This document shows positions 18,509 through 27,592 of a stretch of DNA of 64,000 nucleotides, piece after piece. Where the stretch lies: NCBI GenBank assembly GCA_963700635.1, contig CAVOYH010000004.1, forward strand, positions 384,001 to 448,000, in the 5' to 3' direction. Position 1 is the stretch's first letter; each line of letters begins with the position of its first letter. The notes below the pieces were generated by a model. The model saw only the letters and a program-made list of their open reading frames with translations. It was not told where the DNA came from and made no database searches. Made by a program: the position numbers and the translations under genes. The stretch comes from an uncultured Bacteroidota bacterium (GTDB lineage: Bacteria; Bacteroidota; Ignavibacteria; UBA10030; UBA6906).

Positions 18509-19489
18509 ATGAATCAACGTAAGACTATTCTGAGCGGGATGCGCCCGACCGGCAAACTCCATCTTGGCCATCTGGTGGGTGCGCTGGAAAGTTGGGTCGC
18601 ATTACAGGGCGAGTATGACAATTTTCATCTTATTGCAGACTATCATGTCCTGACCACCAATCTCGACTCTTCCGCCATTCAGGCTAATTCCATCGACATG
18701 ACCATCGATTGGCTGGCGGCGGGCATCGACCCCTCACGGAGTCCGGTTTTCCGCCAGTCGCAGATCAAGGAGCATGCCGAGCTGCATCTGATCTTTTCAA
18801 TGCTTATTACCGCCGCCCGTCTCGAACGGAATCCCGCGGTAAAAGACCAGGTTCGTGATTTGCAGATTGAGAATATTACCTACGGCCACCTGGGATACCC
18901 GGTGCTGCAAGCGGCTGACATCCTCCTGTACAAAGGCGATCTCGTGCCGGTTGGTGAAGATCAGGTTCCGCACGTCGAGATCTCCCGCGAGATAGCCCGG
19001 CGTTTTAATACACAGTATGGAACGGTGTTTCCCGAACCGGAGCCAAAACTTACACAATTTGCCCGCCTTCCGGGGCTCGACGGAAAGCGTATGAGCAAGT
19101 CGGTAGGCAATACGATTGTGCTCTCAGATCCGCCGGACGTGATTCAACAAAAACTGCGCGGGGCGGTAACTGATCCGTTGAAGGTCCGGAAAAATGATCC
19201 CGGCCGGCCGGAGATTTGCCTGGTGTTCACGTATCATCAGAAGTTTAACCCGGCGGAAACCGGCGAGATCGCGGCAGGGTGCCGGTCCGGAGCTCTCGGG
19301 TGTGTGGAATGCAAGCGCCGCGTATGCGCCCGGATCACGGATGCGCTGGCTCCATTTCGTGAGAAACGTGCATACTTTGATGCACATCCCGGAGAGGTCG
19401 AACAGATCCTTGACGATGGGGAACAACGTGCTCGCCTTCGCGCCCGGGAGACCATGGCCGAAGTTCACACCGCCATGAAATTCGGATAA
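18509..19489 (+). CDS. trpS: tryptophan--tRNA ligase
   Basis: SGMRPTGKLHLGH, YPVLQAADIL, VPVGEDQ, KRMSKS. Confidence 0.97.
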   Translation: MNQRKTILSGMRPTGKLHLGHLVGALESWVALQGEYDNFHLIADYHVLTTNLDSSAIQANSIDMTIDWLAAGIDPSRSPVFRQSQIKEHAELHLIFSMLITAARLERNPAVKDQVRDLQIENITYGHLGYPVLQAADILLYKGDLVPVGEDQVPHVEISREIARRFNTQYGTVFPEPEPKLTQFARLPGLDGKRMSKSVGNTIVLSDPPDVIQQKLRGAVTDPLKVRKNDPGRPEICLVFTYHQKFNPAETGEIAAGCRSGALGCVECKRRVCARITDALAPFREKRAYFDAHPGEVEQILDDGEQRARLRARETMAEVHTAMKFG

Positions 19490-19493
19490 TAGC

Positions 19494-20237
19494 ATGTATC
19501 GCGTTAAACTCACAGAATTCGAAGGCCCGCTCGACCTCCTCCTGTTCTTTATCAAACGGGATGAGCTGGACATCACCAACATCCCGATTTCACAGATTAC
19601 CCAGGAGTTCCTTGAATACTTGCATCTGATGGCGTCGCTTGACCTCGAGCTGGCAGGTGACTTTATCGTCATGGCGGCGACCCTGATGCAGATTAAGGTG
19701 CGCATGTTGCTGCCGCGTGATGAACAAACCACGGAAGAGGAAGATCCGCGGGCGGAACTTGTGCGTCGCCTGATCGAGTACAAACGGTTCAAAGAGATGG
19801 CACAGGAATTCGGTTCACTGGAAGAGGAAGAACGGAAAATCTACTACCGGCGGTTCTTTGATGCCGACACAACAATCCTCGTGGAAGAGGAGGAGGATGG
19901 ATTCCTCAAGGATATCTCCCTCTTCAACCTTATTGCGGCATACAAATCGGCACTCGATCAGATGCCGCGAAAGATCGTCCACGAGGTCCAGTTGATGTCG
20001 GTTTCGGTGGACGAACAAATGAGCTTTGTCATGGATTTTCTTCGTGTGCATGGTCCGACGACCTTACTTCAGCTCGTCGCGCATATGGTTGAAAAAATCC
20101 GCGTCATCGTCACGGTCATGGCGGTGCTGGAACTCACAAAGAACAAGGTGATTGGTCTTGCCGCCGTGGAGGGCCGCGAAGATATCGCGATCCGGCCTTT
20201 GATCCCACTCGCGCCCATGACCATTGCGATGCCATGA
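19494..20237 (+). CDS. scpA: segregation and condensation protein A
   Basis: FEGPLDLLL, MAATLMQIKVRMLLP, DPRAELVRRLIEY. Confidence 0.95.
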   Translation: MYRVKLTEFEGPLDLLLFFIKRDELDITNIPISQITQEFLEYLHLMASLDLELAGDFIVMAATLMQIKVRMLLPRDEQTTEEEDPRAELVRRLIEYKRFKEMAQEFGSLEEEERKIYYRRFFDADTTILVEEEEDGFLKDISLFNLIAAYKSALDQMPRKIVHEVQLMSVSVDEQMSFVMDFLRVHGPTTLLQLVAHMVEKIRVIVTVMAVLELTKNKVIGLAAVEGREDIAIRPLIPLAPMTIAMP

Positions 20238-20926
20238 ATGCCGAACTCCTCCCACCGCCCGTCAGCAGACAAATCCTGGACATTCTTGAGGCACTCCTGT
20301 TTGCCGCGGACGAACCGCTTTCGACCAGGCAGCTGATCGATCTGCTGGATTACCTGTCAGACCAGGAACGTCCTCGGCCCCTGAATGCGGACACAATCCT
20401 CTCGTGCATCATGTTTATGAATCGCGAGTATGAGCATCACGGCAGAACCTTCCGCATCAAAGCCATCGCGGGCGGATTCCAGTTTGCCACGCTGCCTGAG
20501 TATGCTGTTTGGCTCGGCCGGTTGGTGAAAGAAAAATCAAAACGAAAGCTCTCCGTCTCCGCGCTCGAGAGCCTTGCGGTGATCGCCTATAAACAACCCG
20601 TGACAAAGCCGGAAATCGAAGCAATCCGGGGCGTGAACGCGGACTACGTCCTCCGTACCTTGATGGAGCGGAATCTTGTCACGATTGTTGGACGTGCGGC
20701 AACGCCGGGAAGGCCTCTGCTCTACGGTACCACAAGCGATTTCCTCAAACATTTTGGCCTGAATGACCTCGCCGAACTTCCCAAACCGCGGGAAATCAAC
20801 GAACTTATGGCAGAAGCCGAATATGAGGTGGAAAAACGTATGCTGCGTGAGCTTGAGGAGAAAAAGGCGGCGGAAGAAGAAAGTGATGGCGGACAGGGAC
20901 TTCACCTGGTCGGAGACGACGAATGA
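20234..20926 (+). CDS. scpB: segregation and condensation protein B
   Basis: LEALLFA, LESLAVIAYKQPVT, IRGVN, GRPLLYGTT..FL..FGL. Confidence 0.95.
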   Translation: MNAELLPPPVSRQILDILEALLFAADEPLSTRQLIDLLDYLSDQERPRPLNADTILSCIMFMNREYEHHGRTFRIKAIAGGFQFATLPEYAVWLGRLVKEKSKRKLSVSALESLAVIAYKQPVTKPEIEAIRGVNADYVLRTLMERNLVTIVGRAATPGRPLLYGTTSDFLKHFGLNDLAELPKPREINELMAEAEYEVEKRMLRELEEKKAAEEESDGGQGLHLVGDDE

Positions 20927-21696
20927 TCAAACGCGCGCCTAAAGCCTCCACACGCCAGGATGACGCCGGGCAGAAGGTACGGCTCAACCGTTTCCTCAGC
21001 ATGTGCGGCGTGTCCTCCCGACGCAAAGCGGATGAAATGATTTCCGGCGGACTCGTCAAGGTGAACGGCGTTGTGATGACCACGCTGGGTTGTACCGTGC
21101 GTCCGGGAAAGGACCGCGTGTTCGTGAATGGTAAAGAGGTTGCCCATGTGGACGCGCCGATCTACCTGGTGATGAACAAGCCGAAAGATACCATCACAAC
21201 GGCACATGATGAACGCGGACGTCCCACGGTGATGGATCTTGTTCACTCACGGAAACGTGTGTTTCCCGTCGGGCGACTTGATCGGAATACCACCGGCGTA
21301 CTCCTGTTCACAAACGATGGCGAATTCGCACACGCCATGATGCACCCCCGCTCCAAAGTCCCGAAAGCATACCTTGTCACCTGTGACAAAGCCGTGGAAC
21401 GCGACCACATCGCACAACTGCGGACAGGGATCCGTCTGGACAAGAAGATGACTGCACCCGCTGAGGTGTTTCCGGTGCCGGGAAGTCGCGGGAAAGAGGT
21501 CGGCATCACCATCCGGGAAGGCTGGAACAGGCAGATCCGCCGCATGTTCGAATCATTCGAATACGATGTCCGCAAACTCGACCGGGTCGCCTACGGTCCG
21601 GTAACGAAGGAAGGACTTCCACGCGGGGCAACGCGCGCTCTTACGCCCAGAGAAATACGCGAGTTGAAACGGGTTGCAGGCATCGAGAGGGATTGA
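20923..21696 (+). CDS. RsuA/RluB family pseudouridine synthase
   Basis: RLNRFLS..SRRKAD S4 domain; FPVGRLDRNTTGVLLFTNDG; EGWNRQIRRM; follows scpAB as rluB typically does. Confidence 0.92.
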   Translation: MIKRAPKASTRQDDAGQKVRLNRFLSMCGVSSRRKADEMISGGLVKVNGVVMTTLGCTVRPGKDRVFVNGKEVAHVDAPIYLVMNKPKDTITTAHDERGRPTVMDLVHSRKRVFPVGRLDRNTTGVLLFTNDGEFAHAMMHPRSKVPKAYLVTCDKAVERDHIAQLRTGIRLDKKMTAPAEVFPVPGSRGKEVGITIREGWNRQIRRMFESFEYDVRKLDRVAYGPVTKEGLPRGATRALTPREIRELKRVAGIERD

Positions 21697-21699
21697 TCC

Positions 21700-22755
21700 A
21701 TGCAGAAAACCACACTCCGCTTTGTCATGTGTGTTCTTACCCCCGCGTTGCTTCTCGCTTCCTGCTCCCGATCCGTGTACCGGGAAGTGTATCCTACACT
21801 TACCGATAAACGGTACGATTCCGAGTTCCCGTACAGGGGTTGCTCCGAGCAATTGGAGGCGATCAGCGAAACGGTGCATATGCTCAGCAGCATCGCCTAC
21901 TACAGAACGTATACATTTACCGAATCTGAACGGATCACCCGTTCACAACTGACGCCCCGCCTTTTCAAAGAGAGGCAGGATCGATCCGTCTATGTGAACA
22001 GCACGGCCTCGGGGACTGCTACGGTGATTCACTACGACGAGCGGCGCGTGGTTCTTATGTCCTGCGCGCATATCGTGGACTTCGAAGATACGGTGCTCTC
22101 GTTTTATGTGGGGAGCGACCGGCGGATGACGACGGCCCTCAAAAGTGTCGCGGTCAAGGAGAAACAGACAAACTATGTGGCCGTCCTGCCGGAAGGTGGC
22201 GAGATGACCATCCTCGCGATGGACAAGAAGGAAGATATTGTGCTGCTAGGAAAACGGTTTTCGACAGAGCCTGCGAATCGAATCCGGGTGTTCAATTATC
22301 CGGCCGGCAAGGCCCGCGAGCTGGAATGGGGATCATTCGTCTACCTTTTCGGATATCCGTCCGGCTACAAGATGGTGACAAAGGGTATTATCAGCAGTCC
22401 CAACAAAGACCGCCGTGGCACATTTATGGTGGATGCCATGTTCAGCCGTGGTTTCAGCGGGGGGATCGCCCTGGCAATCCGGGATGGAGTGCCGAATTTT
22501 GAACTTGTCGGGATTATCAAACTGGTGTCCGCACGGTCTTCGTATGTTCTGGTTCCAGAAAAAGAGAATGGGGAGACCGTCTACGACCCTGCAGTTCCGT
22601 ACTCGGGCTCCCTGTATGTCGAGCGAAAGACGGAAATCGAATCCGGGATTACCCAGGCAGTGCCTGTTGAGGCGATTCGTGAATTCATCCGGGCAAGTGC
22701 GCCGGCCCTCCTGGATATGGGATATACGGTGACTGGATTGTTGAAACAGGAGTGA
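21700..22755 (+). CDS. trypsin-like serine protease lipoprotein
   Basis: Lipobox LLAS-C; SCAHIV, DIVLL, RGFSGG catalytic-triad pattern. Confidence 0.72.
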   Translation: MQKTTLRFVMCVLTPALLLASCSRSVYREVYPTLTDKRYDSEFPYRGCSEQLEAISETVHMLSSIAYYRTYTFTESERITRSQLTPRLFKERQDRSVYVNSTASGTATVIHYDERRVVLMSCAHIVDFEDTVLSFYVGSDRRMTTALKSVAVKEKQTNYVAVLPEGGEMTILAMDKKEDIVLLGKRFSTEPANRIRVFNYPAGKARELEWGSFVYLFGYPSGYKMVTKGIISSPNKDRRGTFMVDAMFSRGFSGGIALAIRDGVPNFELVGIIKLVSARSSYVLVPEKENGETVYDPAVPYSGSLYVERKTEIESGITQAVPVEAIREFIRASAPALLDMGYTVTGLLKQE

Positions 22756-22764
22756 CAGATCCCA

Positions 22765-23604
22765 GTGCCTGATCAGTTAAAAAGTATTCTGCTCTCGGAT
22801 CTTGCGCTCGCGCGGCGTATCGAAGCCGCTGATGCCGCCGTGGGGGTGACATCGGCCGAGATCCACGCCCGGCTGCATCCGGAATCGGGCGCGTTGGCGG
22901 AACCGATAGCCGGTGGGATCGCCGTGTTTGTGGGGGTCAATTCGTCGTTGACGCAGGCATTGGGGATCGGCATGCGGGGACCGGTCCGGTCCTCGGAGAT
23001 GGACCGGCTTGAACGGTTTTTCGTTTCGCGCGGTGCGCCGGTTCACGTGGAAGTGTGCCCGATGGCCGATCCATCATTGCTGGAAGAACTCGGAAAACGG
23101 GGATATGACCTGCGGGAATTCTCCAACATGCTCGTGCGCAGGATACGCGTCATCGAAATGCCCCCTGCAGCCTCATCGCCGATCAGCGTGCAGCTAAGCT
23201 CGCCAGAGGAAGCTGATGTATGGGCGCGGACGGTGGCGATCGGATTTGGTGAAGATCTCGCTGACACATCGGAGAATGTTTAGGTGCTCCGCGATCTTGT
23301 CCTCCGGCCGACGACGAAATGCGTCCTTGCGTGGGTGGGGGGAAGGCCTGCGGGAGGTGGCGCGTTGTCTATCCACGATGGCGTGGCTGCCATTTTTGGA
23401 GCCAGCACCCTTCCCTCGTTCCGACGCCTGGGCGTGCAGAGTGCTGTGATCCGGGCACTGATCACCTATGCACTCGAAGCTGATTGTGATGTTGCATACA
23501 CACTCACCCGCCCCGGCAGCGTGTCCCAGCGTAATGTTGAACGCCAGGGATTCCGGGTGGCCTACACGCGGTGTTCGCTTGTGCGTCCTGAAGAACGAAA
23601 GTAG
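22765..23604 (+). pseudogene. GNAT family acetyltransferase interrupted by in-frame TAG (23281-23283)
   Basis: Two same-frame ORFs separated only by TAG; C-terminal half has ASTLPSFRRLGVQ acetyl-CoA motif and SQRNVERQGF. Confidence 0.75.
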
Positions 23605-23616
23605 ATCAATACTCGA

Positions 23617-24696
23617 ATGCCAGAAGGCCCTGAACCTATGCCCACTCACGTTGCACAGCGGGCACGGCGTGAATTCCTCCACGCAGCCGGTGCCACCGTT
23701 GCTGCCAGTCTGTTCCTGCCTGACACCGCCCTTGCCGGACCCCGGCCCGCTCGAAAACCCCCCCGTCTGAAAGAAGGGGATACCGTCGGGCTCATTAATC
23801 CCGCCGGCGCCACCCATGTCAGGGCGGATCTGGACATTGTGACGGAGACGCTGGAAACTCTCGGACTCTCCTGGAAATTTGGCGAACACCTCACGGACCG
23901 ATACGGGTATCTGGCAGGCAGCGATGCAGACCGCGCTTCCGATATCAACACCATGTTTGGGGATCCGGACATCCATGCCATTATGGCAGTCCGGGGAGGA
24001 TGGGGGTGTAACAGGCTGCTCGATCTGCTCGACTATGATCTGATCGCCCGGCGCCCCAAGATCCTCGTGGGATATAGTGACATCACTTCGTTGCTCGTCG
24101 CCTGTCATGCACGATCCGGTCTGGTAACATTCCACGGACCGGTCGGGACATCCACCTGGAATCAATTCTCCGTCGGCTATTTTAAGCGGGTGCTTATGGA
24201 TGGGAGCCAGGAGGTGTTCCGGAACCCGCGGATCACCGGTGACAACCTCGCACAGACCCGCGACCGCATACAGGTGATAACACCGGGTACGGCCCGCGGC
24301 GTTCTTGTCGGAGGCAACCTGTCTGTCCTGACCGCCATGATCGGGTCTGCCTATCTTCCGCGATGGGAAAAGGTGATTCTCTTTCTTGAGGATGACGGGG
24401 AACAGATCTACAGGATCGATCGGATGCTGACGCATCTTCGTCTGGCGGGAATTCTCGAAACCCTTGCAGGCTTTGTGTTCGGCAAATGCACACACTGTGA
24501 GCCCGCGGACGGGTACGGATCCCTTACCCTGGAGGAGGTCTTCCGTGATCTTGTCGCACCGCTCCGGATTCCCGCCTTCGCCGGCGCGATGATCGGGCAC
24601 ATTGAAAACAAATTCACGGTGCCGCTTGGCATCGAGGTGGAGATGAATGCGGATGATGGGAGTATTCGCATGCTGGAGAGTGCGGTAGAGTTGTAG
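23617..24696 (+). CDS. LD-carboxypeptidase (peptidase S66) with Tat signal
   Basis: ARREFL twin-arginine; RGGWG, GYSDIT, FHGP, GGNL, FLED, IGH. Confidence 0.92.
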   Translation: MPEGPEPMPTHVAQRARREFLHAAGATVAASLFLPDTALAGPRPARKPPRLKEGDTVGLINPAGATHVRADLDIVTETLETLGLSWKFGEHLTDRYGYLAGSDADRASDINTMFGDPDIHAIMAVRGGWGCNRLLDLLDYDLIARRPKILVGYSDITSLLVACHARSGLVTFHGPVGTSTWNQFSVGYFKRVLMDGSQEVFRNPRITGDNLAQTRDRIQVITPGTARGVLVGGNLSVLTAMIGSAYLPRWEKVILFLEDDGEQIYRIDRMLTHLRLAGILETLAGFVFGKCTHCEPADGYGSLTLEEVFRDLVAPLRIPAFAGAMIGHIENKFTVPLGIEVEMNADDGSIRMLESAVEL

Positions 24697-24740
24697 CACG
24701 TTGTGGTACCTCATCGTTTGTTCACACCAGAGAGGTTTGT

Positions 24741-25403
24741 ATGGCATCAGTGGTCTCACGCCTGTTCTCCGAAACCGATCGTGACCGTATCCGCGCAGCC
24801 GTTGTTGACGCCGAGCAGAAAACGTCGGGAGAAATCGTCCCATATGTAGTTGATCGATGTGACACGTACGAATTTGCCGAGTGGCGGGGCGGAGCACTTC
24901 TTGGGATGACCGTCGCAACGGTGTTCGCCGCACTCCACGAACTGACCCCCCTCTGGCTTCCGCTGGATTTCGCCGGGCTTGTCATCGTCACCATTGTCGC
25001 ATTTGTGGCAGGGATGCTGATGGTGCGGATTTTCCGCCCGCTGAAGCGCGTGCTGGCCGGAGGCGCGGAGATAGATCACCGTGTTTCTCAACGGGCAGCG
25101 GAAGCATTTGTGTCTGAAGAAGTGTTCAAAACACAGGATCGAACCGGGATACTCCTCTTTGTCAGTCTGCTGGAACACCGCGTTCTCGTGGTCGGTGATG
25201 CCGGCATCAACAGGGTGGTCAAGAAGTCAGACTGGGAGGATGTTGTGGCTACCGTGATCGCAGGTCTGAAAGCGGGTACTCCCGCTGACGGGCTCGTCCG
25301 TGCGATTGGCTTGTGCGGCGAACTTCTGCAAGGATCAGGGGTGCAGCGTCGCGCCGACGACACGGATGAACTGTCAGACGGCTTGAGAATGAGCGATCGA
25401 TGA
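24741..25403 (+). CDS. TPM-domain membrane protein
   Basis: AEQKTSGEIV, TQDRTGILLFVS..EHRVLVVGDAGI, DELSD. Confidence 0.85.
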   Translation: MASVVSRLFSETDRDRIRAAVVDAEQKTSGEIVPYVVDRCDTYEFAEWRGGALLGMTVATVFAALHELTPLWLPLDFAGLVIVTIVAFVAGMLMVRIFRPLKRVLAGGAEIDHRVSQRAAEAFVSEEVFKTQDRTGILLFVSLLEHRVLVVGDAGINRVVKKSDWEDVVATVIAGLKAGTPADGLVRAIGLCGELLQGSGVQRRADDTDELSDGLRMSDR

Positions 25404-26323
25404 AAATTCCTTCACGATATGCTGCTGGTGCGGCGATACTTCTCGCCGGTGTCCTCCTGTTCGGCCTGATCATTTCCCGGGCCGGGGCGACCGAAATACC
25501 ATACCTTGGTGGCCGTGTGAACGATCTTGCGGATCTGCTGTCGGCAGACTCCGCGCGTGAGCTGGAAACGCTGCTCGCGCAGCATGAAGACTCCACGTCA
25601 AACCAGGTCGTCCTCCTTACCATCCACTCGCTGGAAAATGAAGCTATCGAGGAGTACGCAATCCGCGTGGTTGATACCTGGAAGCTCGGGAAAAAGGGGA
25701 AGGATAACGGAGTGCTGCTCCTTATCGCAAAAGACGACAGACAGGTGCGGATCGAAGTTGGAAGGGGGCTGGAAGGTTCGCTGACTGACGTTCTCTGTGC
25801 CCGTATCATACGGAATGAGATTGTGCCGAAGTTCAAGAGCGGGGAGTATGACAGGGGTGTGCGTGCCGGATTGGAGGCGATTCTTGCCGCGATCGCCGGA
25901 GAATATACAGCCGAGGACGGAGATGGAGAGGGGGAAGACTTCGCCGTCAATATTGTCGCATTCCTTTTCTTCCTCGTCATTGTGGGTTTGTTTACATTGA
26001 TGGCGCTGGCCACTCCCGGATGCGGGGGTTGGTTTATCTATGCATTTCTCCTCCCGTTCTGGGGTACCTTTCCGTATGCCACGCTCGGCGCGCCGGTCGG
26101 ACCGGCTTTGGGTCTATTGTACGCATTCGGCTTCCCCCTTATAAAAATATTTCTCCCCAAGACAACCTGGGGCAAGGGCGTGATGAAGCGCATTGGAACT
26201 ACGGCACTGTCCGGCGGCGGGAGCAGGGGTGGATGGAGTTCCGGCGGGAGCCGCTCCTCCGGGGGCGGTTTCTCTGGAGGAGGCGGAAGTTTTTCCGGCG
26301 GCGGATCATCGGGGAGCTGGTGA
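25400..26323 (+). CDS. TPM-domain (YgcG-like) protein with Gly/Ser tail
   Basis: RVNDLADLLS, WKLGKKGKDNGVLLL, RIEVGRGLEG, C-terminal FSGGGGSFSGGGSSGSW. Confidence 0.9.
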   Translation: MKIPSRYAAGAAILLAGVLLFGLIISRAGATEIPYLGGRVNDLADLLSADSARELETLLAQHEDSTSNQVVLLTIHSLENEAIEEYAIRVVDTWKLGKKGKDNGVLLLIAKDDRQVRIEVGRGLEGSLTDVLCARIIRNEIVPKFKSGEYDRGVRAGLEAILAAIAGEYTAEDGDGEGEDFAVNIVAFLFFLVIVGLFTLMALATPGCGGWFIYAFLLPFWGTFPYATLGAPVGPALGLLYAFGFPLIKIFLPKTTWGKGVMKRIGTTALSGGGSRGGWSSGGSRSSGGGFSGGGGSFSGGGSSGSW

Positions 26324-26324
26324 G

Positions 26325-27557
26325 ATGAACTCGACTGCAGTCTACCGCATATGGTCCGTTGTGATGTTCGGCGCTACAACCGTCATCGCCGTGCTCAGTC
26401 CGCTGCACGTTCTGACGGCCGCGACTCCAGAACCCTGGACCCGCATGCTGGATTATGCAGTCGCAGTTCTTATGGTGATCGATATTGTCGTGCGCTGGAA
26501 AAGAATGCGGACACTCAGGATGTACCGGGTAAGGTGGTTCGTCATTGACGTGGTTGCGGCACTGCCGTTTGTCAGCCTCCTCGGACTTCCGTCTTTTGAA
26601 CTCCTCCGTTTGGGCAAGCTCCTGCGCGTCGTGCAGAGCATGCGGGAATGGTGGTCGCACTACCTTGATCGATGGAATGTCTTTCGCCTGGTCTATTCCG
26701 CGTACTGGATAGCGCTGGTGGTGCACGGACTTTCCTGCGGCTGGGTTGCCGTTCGGGCGCTGACACCCGGAACGCACGGGCTCGAAAACAGTTATCTCAA
26801 GGCCCTCTACTGGTGTGTCACGACGTTAACCTCCGTGGGGTATGGCGATATTACGCCCAGGACGGACTTCGAAACGCTCTACGCAGTGTTCGTCATGGCG
26901 GCCGGCGTGGGCATGTTTGCCTACGTGGTTGGCAATATTGCCCATATCATTTCGAATTTGCATCCATCCAGAGTGCGGTATGTCGAGACAATGGAAGGGA
27001 TAAACGCGTTTCTGGAATACCGCGGACTCCCCGCCGCGCTGCGGCGGCGAATCCGCGAGTATTATTCCTACCGGTGGGAGAAGCGGCTGGGTTTTGACGA
27101 GTCGGCCATCCTGGATGATCTCTCTCCCTCACTCCAGGGGGATGTCTCGTTGTTTCTCAAGAGAGACGTGATCCAGAAGGTCCCGTTTTTCCATGGCGCG
27201 ACGGACGAACTGATCAGAGAAATAGCACTCGCCATGCGCCCGCAGGTGTACATGCCCGGCGATCTTGTATTCCGGGCGGGGGAGAAGGGCGGAGAAATGT
27301 TTTTTATCGGCCGCGGTCGCATTGAAGTGCTTGGAAAGGACGGAATCACCGTGCAGGCCACCCTCGGGGACGGTCAGTTTTTCGGAGAGGGAGCACTCGT
27401 ACTCGGTCAACCTCGCAGCGCAAGCGTGCGCGCGGCGGGTTTCTGTGATCTGTACGCGCTCGACAAAAAATCCTTCGACGGAATTATCTCGCGGTACCCG
27501 GAATTTGCAGACCATATTGATGCCATGATCCGGGAACGGTTCGGGCAATCAGAATAG
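26325..27557 (+). CDS. cyclic-nucleotide-gated K+ channel (SthK-like)
   Basis: S4 LLRLGKLLRV, pore TTLTSVGYGDI, C-linker, CNBD FFGEGAL..RSASVRA; start ATG 26325. Confidence 0.9.
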   Translation: MNSTAVYRIWSVVMFGATTVIAVLSPLHVLTAATPEPWTRMLDYAVAVLMVIDIVVRWKRMRTLRMYRVRWFVIDVVAALPFVSLLGLPSFELLRLGKLLRVVQSMREWWSHYLDRWNVFRLVYSAYWIALVVHGLSCGWVAVRALTPGTHGLENSYLKALYWCVTTLTSVGYGDITPRTDFETLYAVFVMAAGVGMFAYVVGNIAHIISNLHPSRVRYVETMEGINAFLEYRGLPAALRRRIREYYSYRWEKRLGFDESAILDDLSPSLQGDVSLFLKRDVIQKVPFFHGATDELIREIALAMRPQVYMPGDLVFRAGEKGGEMFFIGRGRIEVLGKDGITVQATLGDGQFFGEGALVLGQPRSASVRAAGFCDLYALDKKSFDGIISRYPEFADHIDAMIRERFGQSE

Positions 27558-27592
27558 TCATACGCCATCGATACAGAAAGGAAGTAACGGCA

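Noticed and set aside
23281-23283. Genome-wide TAG reassignment
   Set aside because: Many genes here end at TAG at their expected C-termini (e.g. 10987, 24696, 38958)
23194-24933. Long antisense ORFs (579 aa here; also 439-1440, 3074-4072, 29591-30574, 62201-63352)
   Set aside because: They shadow well-supported genes on the opposite strand, carry no recognisable motifs, and are expected at high GC
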